Origin: Verrucomicrobiia bacterium
GTDB lineage: Bacteria; Verrucomicrobiota; Verrucomicrobiia; Limisphaerales; UBA11358
Assembly: GCA_025451535.1 (NCBI GenBank)
Contig: JANWKE010000093.1
Span: 4,824 to 68,823, forward strand
Direction of reading: 5' to 3'
DNA length: 64,000 bases
Shown: positions 25,943-36,052 of the stretch, piece by piece
Layout of the letters: every line of letters begins with the position of its first letter
Numbering within the stretch: position 1 is the stretch's first letter
Notes under the pieces: model-generated
Database searches by the model: none
What the model saw: only the letters and a program-made list of their open reading frames with translations
What the model was told of the DNA's origin: nothing
Position numbers and translations under genes: made by a program

Positions 25943-27171
25943 TATTCGCTCCTCAACGCCTCCACCGGATCCATGCGCGCCGCGCGCCAGGCCGGCAGGA
26001 AACCGGCGACCACGCCGGTCAGCAAGGCGACGAGGACCGCGGTGATAACAATGCCGACGGACAAGCTGGCCGGGAACAACCATTGGGTGACGGCCAGCGT
26101 GGCCAGCCACGCTATGCCGAGGCCGATCAAACCACCGAAGCAACAGATGCAGGCCGCTTCAATCAGAAACTGCAACAGGATGGTACGACGTTTGGCGCCG
26201 ATCGCTTTGCGGACACCGATTTCGCGGGTGCGCTCGACGACCGACACAAACATGATATTCATGATGCCGATGCCGCCCACAAACAGCGCCAGGCTGGTAA
26301 TGAACAGCCCGATGACGGCGATGGTGGCCGTCTGTGAATGAAACCACGCCACGAGCTGGTCCTGCTGGTTGATGGCAAAATCGTCCGGCTGATCCGGTCG
26401 CAAATGACGGATGCGGCGCATCACCTGGCGCAATTCGTTTTGGGCGTCGTCCAGGTTCGCCAACTTGCCGGCCTTGACCTCGATATCATCCAATTGCCCG
26501 TTCCAAATTCCGGACAGAAATTCCCGGATCGGAATGATGACGCGATTGTCCAGGCTCCAGCCCAGAAGATTCCCCTGTTTACCCAGCACGCCAATCACTT
26601 GAAAGGACTGGTTGGCAATTCTTATGCGCTGGCCGATGGGGTTTTCACCGCGAAACAGATTCGTGGCCACGGCATTGCCGATGATGCAGATCGGCTGGTT
26701 GCCCCGGCCATCAGCCGCCGTCAGAAACCGGCCTTGCGCTATGTCGCCGCCGCTGGTTTGCAGATAGCCATCGGTCGTGCCGATAATATCCACGCTGCTG
26801 GCGCTGCGGGTCTTGTATTTGACCGAGTCATTATCGGAAATTGCGGGCACGACCACGGCAGCCAGGGTGAGTTGTTTGGTCAGCGCTTCGGCATCAACCA
26901 AATGGAGCGGCTTGCGCTTGCGCATGCTGAGCCAGTCTTCATAGGTATTGTTAAACCATTTGAAGCGCGAGACGTAGAACACATCTGCGCCGAGCGCGGA
27001 AACGTTTTTAATGAATGCCTGGTTCAGTCCGTTGATGGCCGCGCCCATGAGCGTGACGGTGACAATGCCGATGATGATGCCCAGCGTGGCCAGCGCTGAA
27101 CGCATCTTATTCGAGATCAGGGCGTTCCAGGAAATGCCCAGCCCTTCCCTGATTTCCGCAACGAACTTCAT
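25942..27171 (-). CDS. ABC transporter permease, MacB/FtsX family
   Basis: Same architecture as its paralogue, with the block LALFVGGIGIMNIMFVSVVERTREIGVRKAIGAKRRTIL. Confidence 0.88.
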   Translation of the reverse strand: MKFVAEIREGLGISWNALISNKMRSALATLGIIIGIVTVTLMGAAINGLNQAFIKNVSALGADVFYVSRFKWFNNTYEDWLSMRKRKPLHLVDAEALTKQLTLAAVVVPAISDNDSVKYKTRSASSVDIIGTTDGYLQTSGGDIAQGRFLTAADGRGNQPICIIGNAVATNLFRGENPIGQRIRIANQSFQVIGVLGKQGNLLGWSLDNRVIIPIREFLSGIWNGQLDDIEVKAGKLANLDDAQNELRQVMRRIRHLRPDQPDDFAINQQDQLVAWFHSQTATIAVIGLFITSLALFVGGIGIMNIMFVSVVERTREIGVRKAIGAKRRTILLQFLIEAACICCFGGLIGLGIAWLATLAVTQWLFPASLSVGIVITAVLVALLTGVVAGFLPAWRAARMDPVEALRSE

Positions 27172-27172
27172 T

Positions 27173-27278
27173 GGATGGGTAGATTGATGGATTGATGGAT
27201 TAGCGAGTCACATCATTTGGTTGTTCGGCTATGCTTTTCGTTTTCCATAAATCCATTTATCCAACCATCCATTCATCC
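27173..27278. repeat. intra-operon inverted array of GGATG/TGGAT-type units
   Basis: ggatgggtagattgatggattgatggatta (27173-27202) is an imperfect match to the reverse complement of aaatccatttatccaaccatccattcatcc (27249-27278). It fills the gap between the ATPase stop and the permease start and overlaps the ATPase stop codon. Confidence 0.6.
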
Positions 27279-27968
27279 CGGCCCAGCGGCCTGTTTCTCG
27301 TCGCTGGCAATCAGTCCATCCCGAAGGCGGATGATGCGGCGGGCGTGTTTGGCAATGTCCTCTTCGTGCGTGACTAGGACGAGGGTGTTGCCTTTCCGTG
27401 AAAGTTCTTCAAACAACGTCATGATTTCCGCGCCGGTCCGGGAATCGAGATTGCCGGTCGGTTCGTCCGCCAGCAGGAGCGACGGCTTGTTCACGAGCGC
27501 CCGGGCGACAGCGACGCGCTGGCGCTGGCCGCCGGAAAGCTCGTTGGGTTTGTGATGGACGCGGTCGGCCAGACCAACCTGGGCGAGTGCGTCGAGGGCA
27601 ACCCGGCGGCGCTGTTCCATCGCCATTCCGTTGTAGATGAGCGGCAACTCGACGTTATGCAAAGCATTCGACCGCGACAGCAGGTTGAAGGTCTGAAAGA
27701 CAAAACCGATTTCACGATTGCGAATTTCCGCAAGCTGATTGTCGTCCATCTCGCTCACGTTGGCACCGTTCAATTCATAATGGCCGGCGGTGGGGGTATC
27801 GAGGCAGCCGATCAGGTTCATTAACGTGGATTTGCCGGAACCGGACGGCCCCATGATCGCGACGTATTCGCCGCGCTGGATTTCCAAAGACACATCGCGC
27901 AAAGCGTGGATAGTTTCCGCGCCCATTTGGTAGCAACGGGAAATGTTCCGGAGATGGATCAGGCTCAT
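27273..27968 (-). CDS. ABC transporter ATP-binding protein (MacB/LolD-type)
   Basis: Walker [10 protein letters not shown], signature LSGGQRQRV, Walker [14 protein letters not shown]-loop VLVTHE. Confidence 0.93.
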   Translation of the reverse strand: MSLIHLRNISRCYQMGAETIHALRDVSLEIQRGEYVAIMGPSGSGKSTLMNLIGCLDTPTAGHYELNGANVSEMDDNQLAEIRNREIGFVFQTFNLLSRSNALHNVELPLIYNGMAMEQRRRVALDALAQVGLADRVHHKPNELSGGQRQRVAVARALVNKPSLLLADEPTGNLDSRTGAEIMTLFEELSRKGNTLVLVTHEEDIAKHARRIIRLRDGLIASDEKQAAGPG

Positions 27969-28051
27969 ATTGATTGATGCGAGAAACGTGAAACGTAAGA
28001 CCAGTTGGCGCCGCGTTCACGCATCACGTTTCACATTTCACGAATGCTTGC

Positions 28052-29404
28052 TCATTTCTTTTGCGCCTCGGTGTCCGTTCCCGCCGGACCGACGCGGACC
28101 TTCGAGCCATCCTGTAAATCGCGACCGACCGCCCGGTAGCCGCCTGAAATAATTTCCTCATTGTTAGTGAGGCCGTCCGTGATTTCCCAGTAATTGTCGT
28201 CGCAAAAACCGATTTTAATCGGCACGGCGGTCACGTGATCACCTTTTACCACAAAAACAACGTCGGTTGGCTTCAACGATTCCTTGGCCGAGGTCAGCCC
28301 ATTCGTGCCCGAAGCGGCCGAAGCGGCCGAAGCGGTGAAATTCGTTCCGCCTTTTTTAGGGGGATCGGCCTTCAATTCCGGTTTCATCGGGCGGGTGGTG
28401 ACGCTGGCCAGCGGAACTGTCAGCGCGTTGGTACGATATTCGGTTTCAATTTCCGCCGTCACCGACATGCCGGGCCGGAATGCCGGTTCGTTTTCGCTGA
28501 CCCGAATGCGGACCTCAAACTGGGTGGCCTGCTGGGATTGGCTGCTGCCGCCGCCCCCGCCGCCGCCGAGCGAACTGCTTAAACCGGAACCCAGGGCGGA
28601 ATTGGCGACGGCCGTGACCACGCCGGTGAAGTTGCGGTCCTTGAAGGCATCCACCTCCAGCCTGGCCTTCTGGCCGGGCGCGATGCCGACCACGTCCATT
28701 TCCCCGACGTTCACGCGCGCCTCAATCCGATTCAAATCCGAGACGGTCATAATGGATGTTCCCATGTTGTAAGTCGTGCCCAGCACGCGCTCGCCCACCT
28801 CCGAATTCAAGTCGGTGATGGTGCCCGTCAGCGGCGAAAGGATGGTGGTTTTAGCCAATTGCTCCTCGGCATTGTCCACCTGCGCCCGGGCGACATTGAC
28901 CTGGTCATCGGCGCTGTCCAGTTGCGCTTTGGCAACGTCGCGCGCGGCTTTGAATCCGACGAAATCCGATTCCGAAAGCAGTTGGATATTGAACAAGGCC
29001 AGATTGCGTTTGTAGTCCGCCTCGGCTTTTTCGAGATTTGCCGCCGCCGACGTCTTGGCGGCCACCGCCGCTTCGTAATTGGCCTTGGCTTGATTGACCG
29101 CCGCGACATAGACGTCCGGGTTGATTTTCACAAGCAAATCGCCCTTCTTAACCTGCTGCCCTTCTTTGACCGGCAATTCAATGATTTCGCCGTTGACCTC
29201 CGGGCTGATGGTGACCTGCACGACCGGCTGAATTTGACCATTGGCCACCACAATGTTGGTGAGGCTGTGGCGTGAGACCTTTTCCGTCTGCACCGTGATG
29301 ACCGGCGCGCGCTTCCTGAACACGGCCACCAGCGTCAGCGCAACCAGTACCAGGCCAATGGCTGAAAAAATGATGATTTTCCGGCGTTTATTGGGTTTTG
29401 CCAT
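28052..29404 (-). CDS. efflux periplasmic adaptor subunit (HlyD/MacA family)
   Basis: N-terminal TM anchor, a lipoyl-like block (VSPEVNGEIIELPVKEGQQVKKGDLLVKI), a long alpha-hairpin, beta-barrel blocks and a Gly/Ser-rich insert. Start placed at MAKPNKRRK. Confidence 0.85.
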   Translation of the reverse strand: MAKPNKRRKIIIFSAIGLVLVALTLVAVFRKRAPVITVQTEKVSRHSLTNIVVANGQIQPVVQVTISPEVNGEIIELPVKEGQQVKKGDLLVKINPDVYVAAVNQAKANYEAAVAAKTSAAANLEKAEADYKRNLALFNIQLLSESDFVGFKAARDVAKAQLDSADDQVNVARAQVDNAEEQLAKTTILSPLTGTITDLNSEVGERVLGTTYNMGTSIMTVSDLNRIEARVNVGEMDVVGIAPGQKARLEVDAFKDRNFTGVVTAVANSALGSGLSSSLGGGGGGGSSQSQQATQFEVRIRVSENEPAFRPGMSVTAEIETEYRTNALTVPLASVTTRPMKPELKADPPKKGGTNFTASAASAASGTNGLTSAKESLKPTDVVFVVKGDHVTAVPIKIGFCDDNYWEITDGLTNNEEIISGGYRAVGRDLQDGSKVRVGPAGTDTEAQKK

Positions 29405-29469
29405 AGCGTCAGGTATAAAGACAGAATGAACGGAAATTAGTTTCGAGAAATTATAATTTACCGGTGTTT

Positions 29470-30255
29470 TTACAATGTCCACGACCCCAGACCAACGGCG
29501 ATTAATAACAACTCCGCCAGCAACCAGTAGGTAAAGACAACCATTACGGCTTTGGCCTTTGACACACCCGAAAGTTTGGCCAGGCCAATGCCCAGTATCG
29601 CCGTGTGCCAGAAGTAAACGAGGTTCGCCGCGCCCAGCAGAAGGTGTACGCGCCTGGTCGGATCAAAATCACTTACCAGCAAGCCCAGGCTTGGCCCGCC
29701 ATAAAGCCGGCCAAGAATCACCGCCAGCAGCGTCGCAATAATGATGCCCAAAACGAGAATGACCGACGCCAACCCGGCAACCTCCACGGATTTCAGATAA
29801 CCAAACCGCGCTTTAAGGAACCAGCGTCCGAGCAACCAAACCACCAACGCCCACCAGAAAAGCGAACCAAAACTGAAAATAACCATTGCCACGCTGCCAC
29901 CCACCGCCAGCACCGTTGGTCCCATGAATTTCTCCATCGCCTGCAATGCCTGATCCTCCTGCGCCTGGGTCATTTTGCCCTGTTGCACCCGCTGATCGAG
30001 CGCCTTGACCTGCTGGTCGTGAATGGTCTGCTGAATCGCCGGCTGGGCGAACATGATGCACACGGAAATCACGCCGATCACGGCGTAAATCAAAACCGGC
30101 ACGAGCCAATTGGCGGCGCGCGCGGGCGCGGCGGTTACTTCGTTGAATACTTCACCCGGCGCGGCAATGACGTTAAACAATTTCCCGGCCAGCGATGTCG
30201 CCGGTGTTGGCGGTGCGGTGACGGGCGGTCCAGGGATCGGGGCGGTGGTTTCCAT
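29470..30255 (-). CDS. Yip1-domain-like polytopic membrane protein
   Basis: 261 aa with a Pro-rich N-terminus, five predicted TM helices and an interposed soluble helix (QQVKALDQRVQQGKMTQAQEDQALQAMEKF). It is the first gene of the efflux operon. Family call is from topology and memory. Confidence 0.55.
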   Translation of the reverse strand: METTAPIPGPPVTAPPTPATSLAGKLFNVIAAPGEVFNEVTAAPARAANWLVPVLIYAVIGVISVCIMFAQPAIQQTIHDQQVKALDQRVQQGKMTQAQEDQALQAMEKFMGPTVLAVGGSVAMVIFSFGSLFWWALVVWLLGRWFLKARFGYLKSVEVAGLASVILVLGIIIATLLAVILGRLYGGPSLGLLVSDFDPTRRVHLLLGAANLVYFWHTAILGIGLAKLSGVSKAKAVMVVFTYWLLAELLLIAVGLGSWTL

Positions 30256-30691
30256 AATTGGTTAAAAGGCTTAAACATTACTTAGGCAAAAATCAGCGGA
30301 AGTTACAAGAAATGTCGGCAATTATTTCATGGAGAAATTTTCCCGCTGACTGCACAGGTCACCGGCTAATGATGTGAGGAAGGTGCATCCCCAGGCGCGA
30401 CCGGCAGCAATCCCGAAGTGTCAGAAGCCCGATTGAATTATTTCGCGAGTGCCCTGTCTTATTCTTTCGAGACGAAAGGAGGAGAAGTATGAAATCGATC
30501 ATAACGACGTACCCGTATTTTCAGACTTTGCCGCGGGGTCAAAATGATGCTGCTGGCTTCGGAAAGTCATTTCTTCGAGCAAGCGAACGCACCGGGAATT
30601 CAATGGTTGGAAAAAGTTGCCGAAACGGCACCCGGCCTTCATACGGCTGTAACGGTTCCAATTCAATCTGCCGGACAAGGAAGTTGAACCT

Positions 30692-31267
30692 ATGCACACT
30701 GAAACTTCTATTGAACCGGAAACGGGGACGAATGCGAAACTGCGGTTGTTTTCCCTGTACGTGGATTTTGCCGCTTCCATGCGCGCCAAATGGGCCGGCA
30801 GCACCATCACCCGACTGGCCGGTCCCAGGCGAAAGACCTACTGTGAAATGTGGAATCTCGATTCCGCCAAGGCCAGTCAACCGATCAGGCGCATCATGCT
30901 CCAGGAAGCCGCCGGGGCGGATGTGCTGGTCATCGCGCTCAGCTCCCTGGATCAGCGTGAACCAAAGCTGATTGAATGGCTTGACGCGCTGGCAAATGAA
31001 AAAACTGAGCACCCGGTTTCCGGACTCTTCATTGGGCTGCTGGGAGATGAAAATCATGAGGCGGGCGAACTGGGCTGGACGGTGGAGCAATTTATACGCT
31101 GCGCTCAAAGGATGGGCCGGGATTTTATCTGGCAATGGATGGGACAGGAGGCCCTCAACGACCCCACCTGGCTGACCGACAATGTGCAGAAGGTTTTGTC
31201 CGGCAAGCAGTTTCAGTCTGATATCGCCAGTCTGCAAGAGGCAGTCTGGCTGGCAGCCGAACCATGA
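30692..31267 (+). CDS. hypothetical protein
   Basis: 191-aa ORF with balanced composition. The competing antisense ORF 30539-31279 is Gly/Pro/Arg/Phe-rich and looks like a shadow frame. Confidence 0.5.
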   Translation: MHTETSIEPETGTNAKLRLFSLYVDFAASMRAKWAGSTITRLAGPRRKTYCEMWNLDSAKASQPIRRIMLQEAAGADVLVIALSSLDQREPKLIEWLDALANEKTEHPVSGLFIGLLGDENHEAGELGWTVEQFIRCAQRMGRDFIWQWMGQEALNDPTWLTDNVQKVLSGKQFQSDIASLQEAVWLAAEP

Positions 31268-31418
31268 TCGTAGATCCATAAGCGCTTCCTGGTTGTTTGT
31301 TGCCTTGGGAGCTCTAATGGATGCCGGGTAAAATATCAGGAGCTTGCGGCTACAAGGCTGGGCAGCCTGATTCTAATCGGTAACCGCAAGCCCTGACGTG
31401 CATTTAAACAGCACGTTC

Positions 31419-31862
31419 CTAGCCAAAGTTGAAGACTTCCCTGCCCGGGTAAGCGTTATGACCATCGCTGCCTTTGCCGGCGGAAATCCATGCCAAACCA
31501 CTGTTCTTGTCGGTAAATATCTCCATGTTGATGTCGGGATTATCATTGAGCGTTTGAAACATGCGCGCAAATCCGTATTGCAACGGGTGCGGGGCCACGA
31601 TGGCTGCTTTCACCTTGTTCTTGAGCGGTGCCTTTCGCCTCATGACCGAATAATCTACTATCGCCGAGAAGTTCAAACTCATCCCCTCAATCGCCGACAA
31701 GTCAGCTATTCGATCGGGAGACACCCTGGCCTCGGTTTCGATTTTCGCGAGTAAATCTACCATGTCCCGAATGTCTTCCGCCGTAACGTAGCCACGAAAC
31801 GTCAGGTAAACGATGCCCTCCGCAATTTTGGAGTCAAGAGCCACAGAGACAGTATAACTCAA
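31419..31862 (-). CDS. hypothetical protein, possibly STAS/SpoIIAA-like fold
   Basis: 147-aa ORF. The pattern GIVYLTFRGYVTAEDIRDMVDLL...LSAIEGMSLNFSAIV resembles STAS-type domains; this is a weak assignment by eye. Confidence 0.45.
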   Translation of the reverse strand: MSYTVSVALDSKIAEGIVYLTFRGYVTAEDIRDMVDLLAKIETEARVSPDRIADLSAIEGMSLNFSAIVDYSVMRRKAPLKNKVKAAIVAPHPLQYGFARMFQTLNDNPDINMEIFTDKNSGLAWISAGKGSDGHNAYPGREVFNFG

Positions 31863-32095
31863 TTGGCTCTGAATAGGCGAGCTCTTTCAAGGTTCATTGA
31901 CCTGGCAGAAGATGCTTTTTAGCTCTACTCATGGCAAAAAAAGCCCGCTGGCCATTCTTCCGCTGGGGCGAATAGGCCGTACTCGCGAACCGAAGGTAAG
32001 GGATGCTGCGCTGTGCCGACCCTGCCAACTTGCGCACGGTCACCATTTTTATTTTCGGCGTGGTAATTCGACAATCCGTGTCGAAAAATTTATTT

Positions 32096-34825
32096 TCAAT
32101 CGCCATCGTCCACCGCTTTGACTGCCCAGACCGGATATGGTGTCTGTGAACCTTTGGTGGCATCCCATAAAATGCGGTTGAACACGCCTTCCGGGCATTG
32201 GTCTTCCTTTTTGAGCGGCAGGCGCGCTGAAATATAGGCGTCTTTGCGCAGCCGCGCGTCGGAAATTTTCTTCGGCTCCGGATTCATCTGGTCGAGTGGA
32301 ACCTGGTTGGACACGGCGGTGAACGGCGTGAGATCCGGGCTCTCTCCGGGCGGGACAAAACAATCGAACATCGGCGTGGCCGTCGCGTCCATCTGGTTCA
32401 TCGGTGGCAAACCGAGCATGAGTTCCATCGTTCGCAACAGACTGGTCTGGTTGTATTGTGTGCTGACCACGACACCGCGTCGGGTGTAGGCGCTGGCGAC
32501 ATAAGCCGTCGTGCGGTAACCGCTCACGTGGTCCCAGCCGTTCTGGGGGTCGTCTTCCACGGCAAAAATGCACGTGTCCTTCCAATACTTGCTGTGACTG
32601 ACGGCTTCGACCACCTGCCCGACCGCCAGGTCGTTATCGGCCACCTGCGCGGCGGGCGTCGGCGAACCGAACGCGGTGCCGCTGGTGTGGTCGTTCGGCA
32701 GCCAGAGGATGACCAGGTTCGGCAGATTGTCCGCCGCTTCAAATTGTTTCAGGTCTTTGATGAATTGCGCAGCGCGCCAGACGTCCGGTACGTCCAAATC
32801 CCAGCCAATCGTGTTTGTTATGAGATACGGCCGTAATGCTTCGATGTCCGGTTCGCAGGAATAAGCGATGGCGTTCGAGTCGCCTGAGAAATCGTGATAA
32901 CAATCGAGAAAATTTGGTTCGCCTTTGTGGCCGGAATCCTTCCATTGTTTGTGAGCAGTGGTGAATTCGCCAAAATCGCAAACCGATTTGCCGTGCGCGA
33001 GCGCGTCGTTCCAGATGAAACCCGCTGGTGAATAGGCCAGCGCGTCCCGGCCTTCTTCGCCAAAACCGCCCGCCGGATAACTGCGCGGCCAGCCGGCAAA
33101 CCCGCGCTCCACGTAATCCATCGCGATGCCCGTGTCCGTCCATTGATGGCCGTCCGCGCTCAGGATGCTGCAGCAATAGGTGTTGTCCAGCAGCACGAAA
33201 TCGCGCACGAGCCTGTGCTGGTTGGGCGTGACGGTTTCGCCGAACGTGCACAAATTCGTGTCGCCATTCCCCTCCCGGATGTCGCCCAGAACCTGGTCGT
33301 AGGTGCGGTTTTCCTTGATGATGTAAACGACGTGACGGAAAACGCTCGGCTCGCCGACGCGTTCCGGCACCGGCCGCGCCGGCTGGTCCGCGCGCGCCGG
33401 CAACGCGGCTTGTGCCAGCAGCGGATAACGCAAGTCGGCCAGCGCGATCCGGGTGAACCCGGCCAATACCTTTTTCGATGGCACGGGCACGAGTGACAAC
33501 GAACCATAATACTCTTTGGAATTGAACTCCGTCTCGCCGGTGTGGCTTTGAATCCCCGGACTGAGGTTTTTGAGGTTCGCCACGTAAATTTCCTCCGGCT
33601 TCGCATTGTACGCAATGGAGCCGGGGAACCAGCCGACGGGAATCAAGCCGAGCAATTTGGATTTACCGGGTTTGAAGTGGAAAACGGCAACGGCGTTTTG
33701 GGTGCCGTTGCAGACGAACAGCGTTTTCCCCTTTTTATCGAAGGCCAGCGCGTTCGGTTGTGCGCCGAACAAATCCGCCGGGTTCTGCCGCGCGCAAACA
33801 ATCTCGACGATTTTGTCCGTGCGCGTGTCAATGACGCTCACGGTGTCGCTGCCCGCATTGGCCACAACGAGCCACCGGCCATCGGGCGACAACGCCAAAG
33901 CGCAGGTGTGCAAGCCGGTGAGAATTTCCTGGATTGGGTGGGGCGAGGCTACTGACGAGCCGTAGTCGTCGCGGCTCCCGGGGACGCTCGCCCCACCGGT
34001 TTCCACAAGATCAATCACCGAGACCGAGCCTTCGCTGGCAATGGAACGCGCATCCACGCGCACCTTCATGCCGTCACCGGCCGGTCCGGTAAGGCTGTCC
34101 GGGCCCGGTCGTCGCCCGCCCCAATTGCTCACGTAAATTCTGTTTTTGCAGAGGATGACATCGAACGGAGCGACACCCACGTCCCAGGTCCGCAGAACTT
34201 TTCCGGTCCGGACGTCGAGTTCAAGCAGCCGGTTGGAAAGATTGCCCGCAACATAGATTTTTTTCCCGTCCGGTGAAACGGCGATGCCGGCCGGAATTTC
34301 CGCCTGGCGCAACGGCGCGTTGGCCGGCGGCAGTGGAAGGGAATATAGCGGCGCGACCTTGTGGTCCGGGTCGACGCTGAAAACCTTGATGTCGCCATTG
34401 ACGTTGGCCAGGTAAATCCGCGAGCCATCCGGCGAAAAGGCGAGGCCGGTGAAACTGAGCTTGGCCTGTTCATTTGGTTGGAGAATGCCACTGGAAACGG
34501 ATTCGGCCGGAGCAATTTTGTCATCCGCGGGCAACCGCACGCGTTGCAGGATTGTTCCGGTTGCCGGATTAATTACGAGCAACCTTTGGGTCAAACCGGC
34601 GGTGACGAGCCGTTTGCCGTCCGGACTCAGCGCAAGTGCGTTCGGTCTTATGTCGGGCAGTTCAACCAAAGTTCCGGCGGGCGTGACGAGTTGATTGACC
34701 GGCGTTTCAAAGCCGTTGGTATGGTGGCCGACTATTTCAGCGGTCGTATCGAAATCGTCGGCAAAACCATGAAGGGCCAACCCGGCCAGCGCAATGGCAA
34801 CAAGGACGAACGATTTGCCTTTCAT
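32096..34825 (-). CDS. secreted bifunctional beta-propeller (YncE/YVTN-like) / phosphoesterase-family (PlcN/AcpA-like) protein
   Basis: Signal peptide, N-terminal repeats (LALSPDGKRLV, LAFSPDGSRIYLAN, IAVSPDGKKIYVAG, LALSPDGRWLVVAN), then the phosphoesterase signature VVYIIKENRTYDQVLGD and WLPNDHTSG. Confidence 0.82.
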   Translation of the reverse strand: MKGKSFVLVAIALAGLALHGFADDFDTTAEIVGHHTNGFETPVNQLVTPAGTLVELPDIRPNALALSPDGKRLVTAGLTQRLLVINPATGTILQRVRLPADDKIAPAESVSSGILQPNEQAKLSFTGLAFSPDGSRIYLANVNGDIKVFSVDPDHKVAPLYSLPLPPANAPLRQAEIPAGIAVSPDGKKIYVAGNLSNRLLELDVRTGKVLRTWDVGVAPFDVILCKNRIYVSNWGGRRPGPDSLTGPAGDGMKVRVDARSIASEGSVSVIDLVETGGASVPGSRDDYGSSVASPHPIQEILTGLHTCALALSPDGRWLVVANAGSDTVSVIDTRTDKIVEIVCARQNPADLFGAQPNALAFDKKGKTLFVCNGTQNAVAVFHFKPGKSKLLGLIPVGWFPGSIAYNAKPEEIYVANLKNLSPGIQSHTGETEFNSKEYYGSLSLVPVPSKKVLAGFTRIALADLRYPLLAQAALPARADQPARPVPERVGEPSVFRHVVYIIKENRTYDQVLGDIREGNGDTNLCTFGETVTPNQHRLVRDFVLLDNTYCCSILSADGHQWTDTGIAMDYVERGFAGWPRSYPAGGFGEEGRDALAYSPAGFIWNDALAHGKSVCDFGEFTTAHKQWKDSGHKGEPNFLDCYHDFSGDSNAIAYSCEPDIEALRPYLITNTIGWDLDVPDVWRAAQFIKDLKQFEAADNLPNLVILWLPNDHTSGTAFGSPTPAAQVADNDLAVGQVVEAVSHSKYWKDTCIFAVEDDPQNGWDHVSGYRTTAYVASAYTRRGVVVSTQYNQTSLLRTMELMLGLPPMNQMDATATPMFDCFVPPGESPDLTPFTAVSNQVPLDQMNPEPKKISDARLRKDAYISARLPLKKEDQCPEGVFNRILWDATKGSQTPYPVWAVKAVDDGD

Positions 34826-34915
34826 GCAGGAAGGATTGGCGGAGATGATCGGCAACCGCAAGTCACGTTACGGTAAAATTTCGGAACGCGGACGATTCTT
34901 CCGCGTTCCTTGAAT

Positions 34916-35923
34916 TCAAGCCGGCGCTGGATCCAGCCGCTTGTCCGGGACGAGATAATTGCGGACATAATCGCTCACGGCGTTTTCGAGCGGGGTGACC
35001 GGCGCGGTGTAACCAACGGCGCGCAACCGGGACAGATTCGCCTCCGTGAAATACTGGTATTTATCACGGATGCTTTCGGGCATCTCAATGAACTCGATTT
35101 TCGGTTCCCGTTTCAACGCGGTGAAAACCGCGCGCGCCAGATCCAGCCACGTCCGCGCCGCGCCGCTGCCGATGTTGAACAAGCCATTGGCTTTTTCGCT
35201 GGCGGCCAGGTGCAGCGTCATGGCAACGGCGTCCTTGATGTAAAGAAAATCGCGCTTCTGTTCGCCGTCCCGGTAACCGCTGCGGTAACTCTTGAACAAC
35301 CGGATAACGCCGGTTTCGCGCACCTGTCCGAAACTTTTATGGACCACCGACCGCATGTCGCCCTTGTGATCTTCGTTCGGGCCAAAGACATTGAAATATT
35401 TCAGCCCGACGATACGGTTCAAAAACCCGGCGCGTTTGGCATGCAAATCAAACAGGTGCTTCGAGTAGCCATACATGTTCAGCGGACGCAAGGCATCGAG
35501 TTTGGCATCGTTGTCTTCCATGCCCGCCGAACCGTCACCGTAGGTTGCCGCGGAAGAGGCGTAAACAAAACGCGTTTTGTTGGCGAGCGACCACGCGGCG
35601 AGGTCCCGGGTAAATTCGTAATTGTTGCGAATGAGATAACTCGCGTCACGCTCGGTCGTGGAAGAGCACGCGCCGAGGTGGAGGATCAAGTCAAATCTCC
35701 CCAACGCGCCGTTTTGCAGTCGCGGCAGCAACTCGTCTGCCTCGATGTAATTGGCGAAGCGCAGCGGCGTGAGGTTGCGCCATTTTTCATCCGTGCCGAG
35801 ACGGTCGCAAACGACGACATGGTCGCAGCCGTCCTGGTTCAACGCCCAGACCAGCGCGCTGCCAATGAAACCCGCGCCGCCGGTGACCAGCACCCGCGCG
35901 TCGGAAAAATCGTTTGATTTCAT
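34916..35923 (-). CDS. hldD: ADP-L-glycero-D-manno-heptose 6-epimerase
   Basis: Rossmann motif VLVTGGAGFIGS, an SDR catalytic YGYSK-type motif (NMYGYSKHLFD), and family-typical ends. Start placed at MKSNDF. Confidence 0.85.
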   Translation of the reverse strand: MKSNDFSDARVLVTGGAGFIGSALVWALNQDGCDHVVVCDRLGTDEKWRNLTPLRFANYIEADELLPRLQNGALGRFDLILHLGACSSTTERDASYLIRNNYEFTRDLAAWSLANKTRFVYASSAATYGDGSAGMEDNDAKLDALRPLNMYGYSKHLFDLHAKRAGFLNRIVGLKYFNVFGPNEDHKGDMRSVVHKSFGQVRETGVIRLFKSYRSGYRDGEQKRDFLYIKDAVAMTLHLAASEKANGLFNIGSGAARTWLDLARAVFTALKREPKIEFIEMPESIRDKYQYFTEANLSRLRAVGYTAPVTPLENAVSDYVRNYLVPDKRLDPAPA

Positions 35924-36052
35924 ACCTGCTGACAGGTTGAGCATGACCTGAACCAAATTCGGATTCAAGCCAATGGTGGATGGTTATTGCGCCTGGCGGA
36001 ACGCCGATCGGTAAACCAAGGAAATGACCCGGACTGTACGAAGGGCGTCCCT

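Noticed and set aside
30539-31279. A 246-aa minus-strand ORF competing with the 191-aa plus-strand ORF.
   Set aside because: Its composition (Gly/Pro/Arg/Phe/His-rich, low complexity) looks like a shadow frame, and the plus-strand product has balanced composition. Neither has a recognisable motif, so confidence in the plus-strand call is only moderate.
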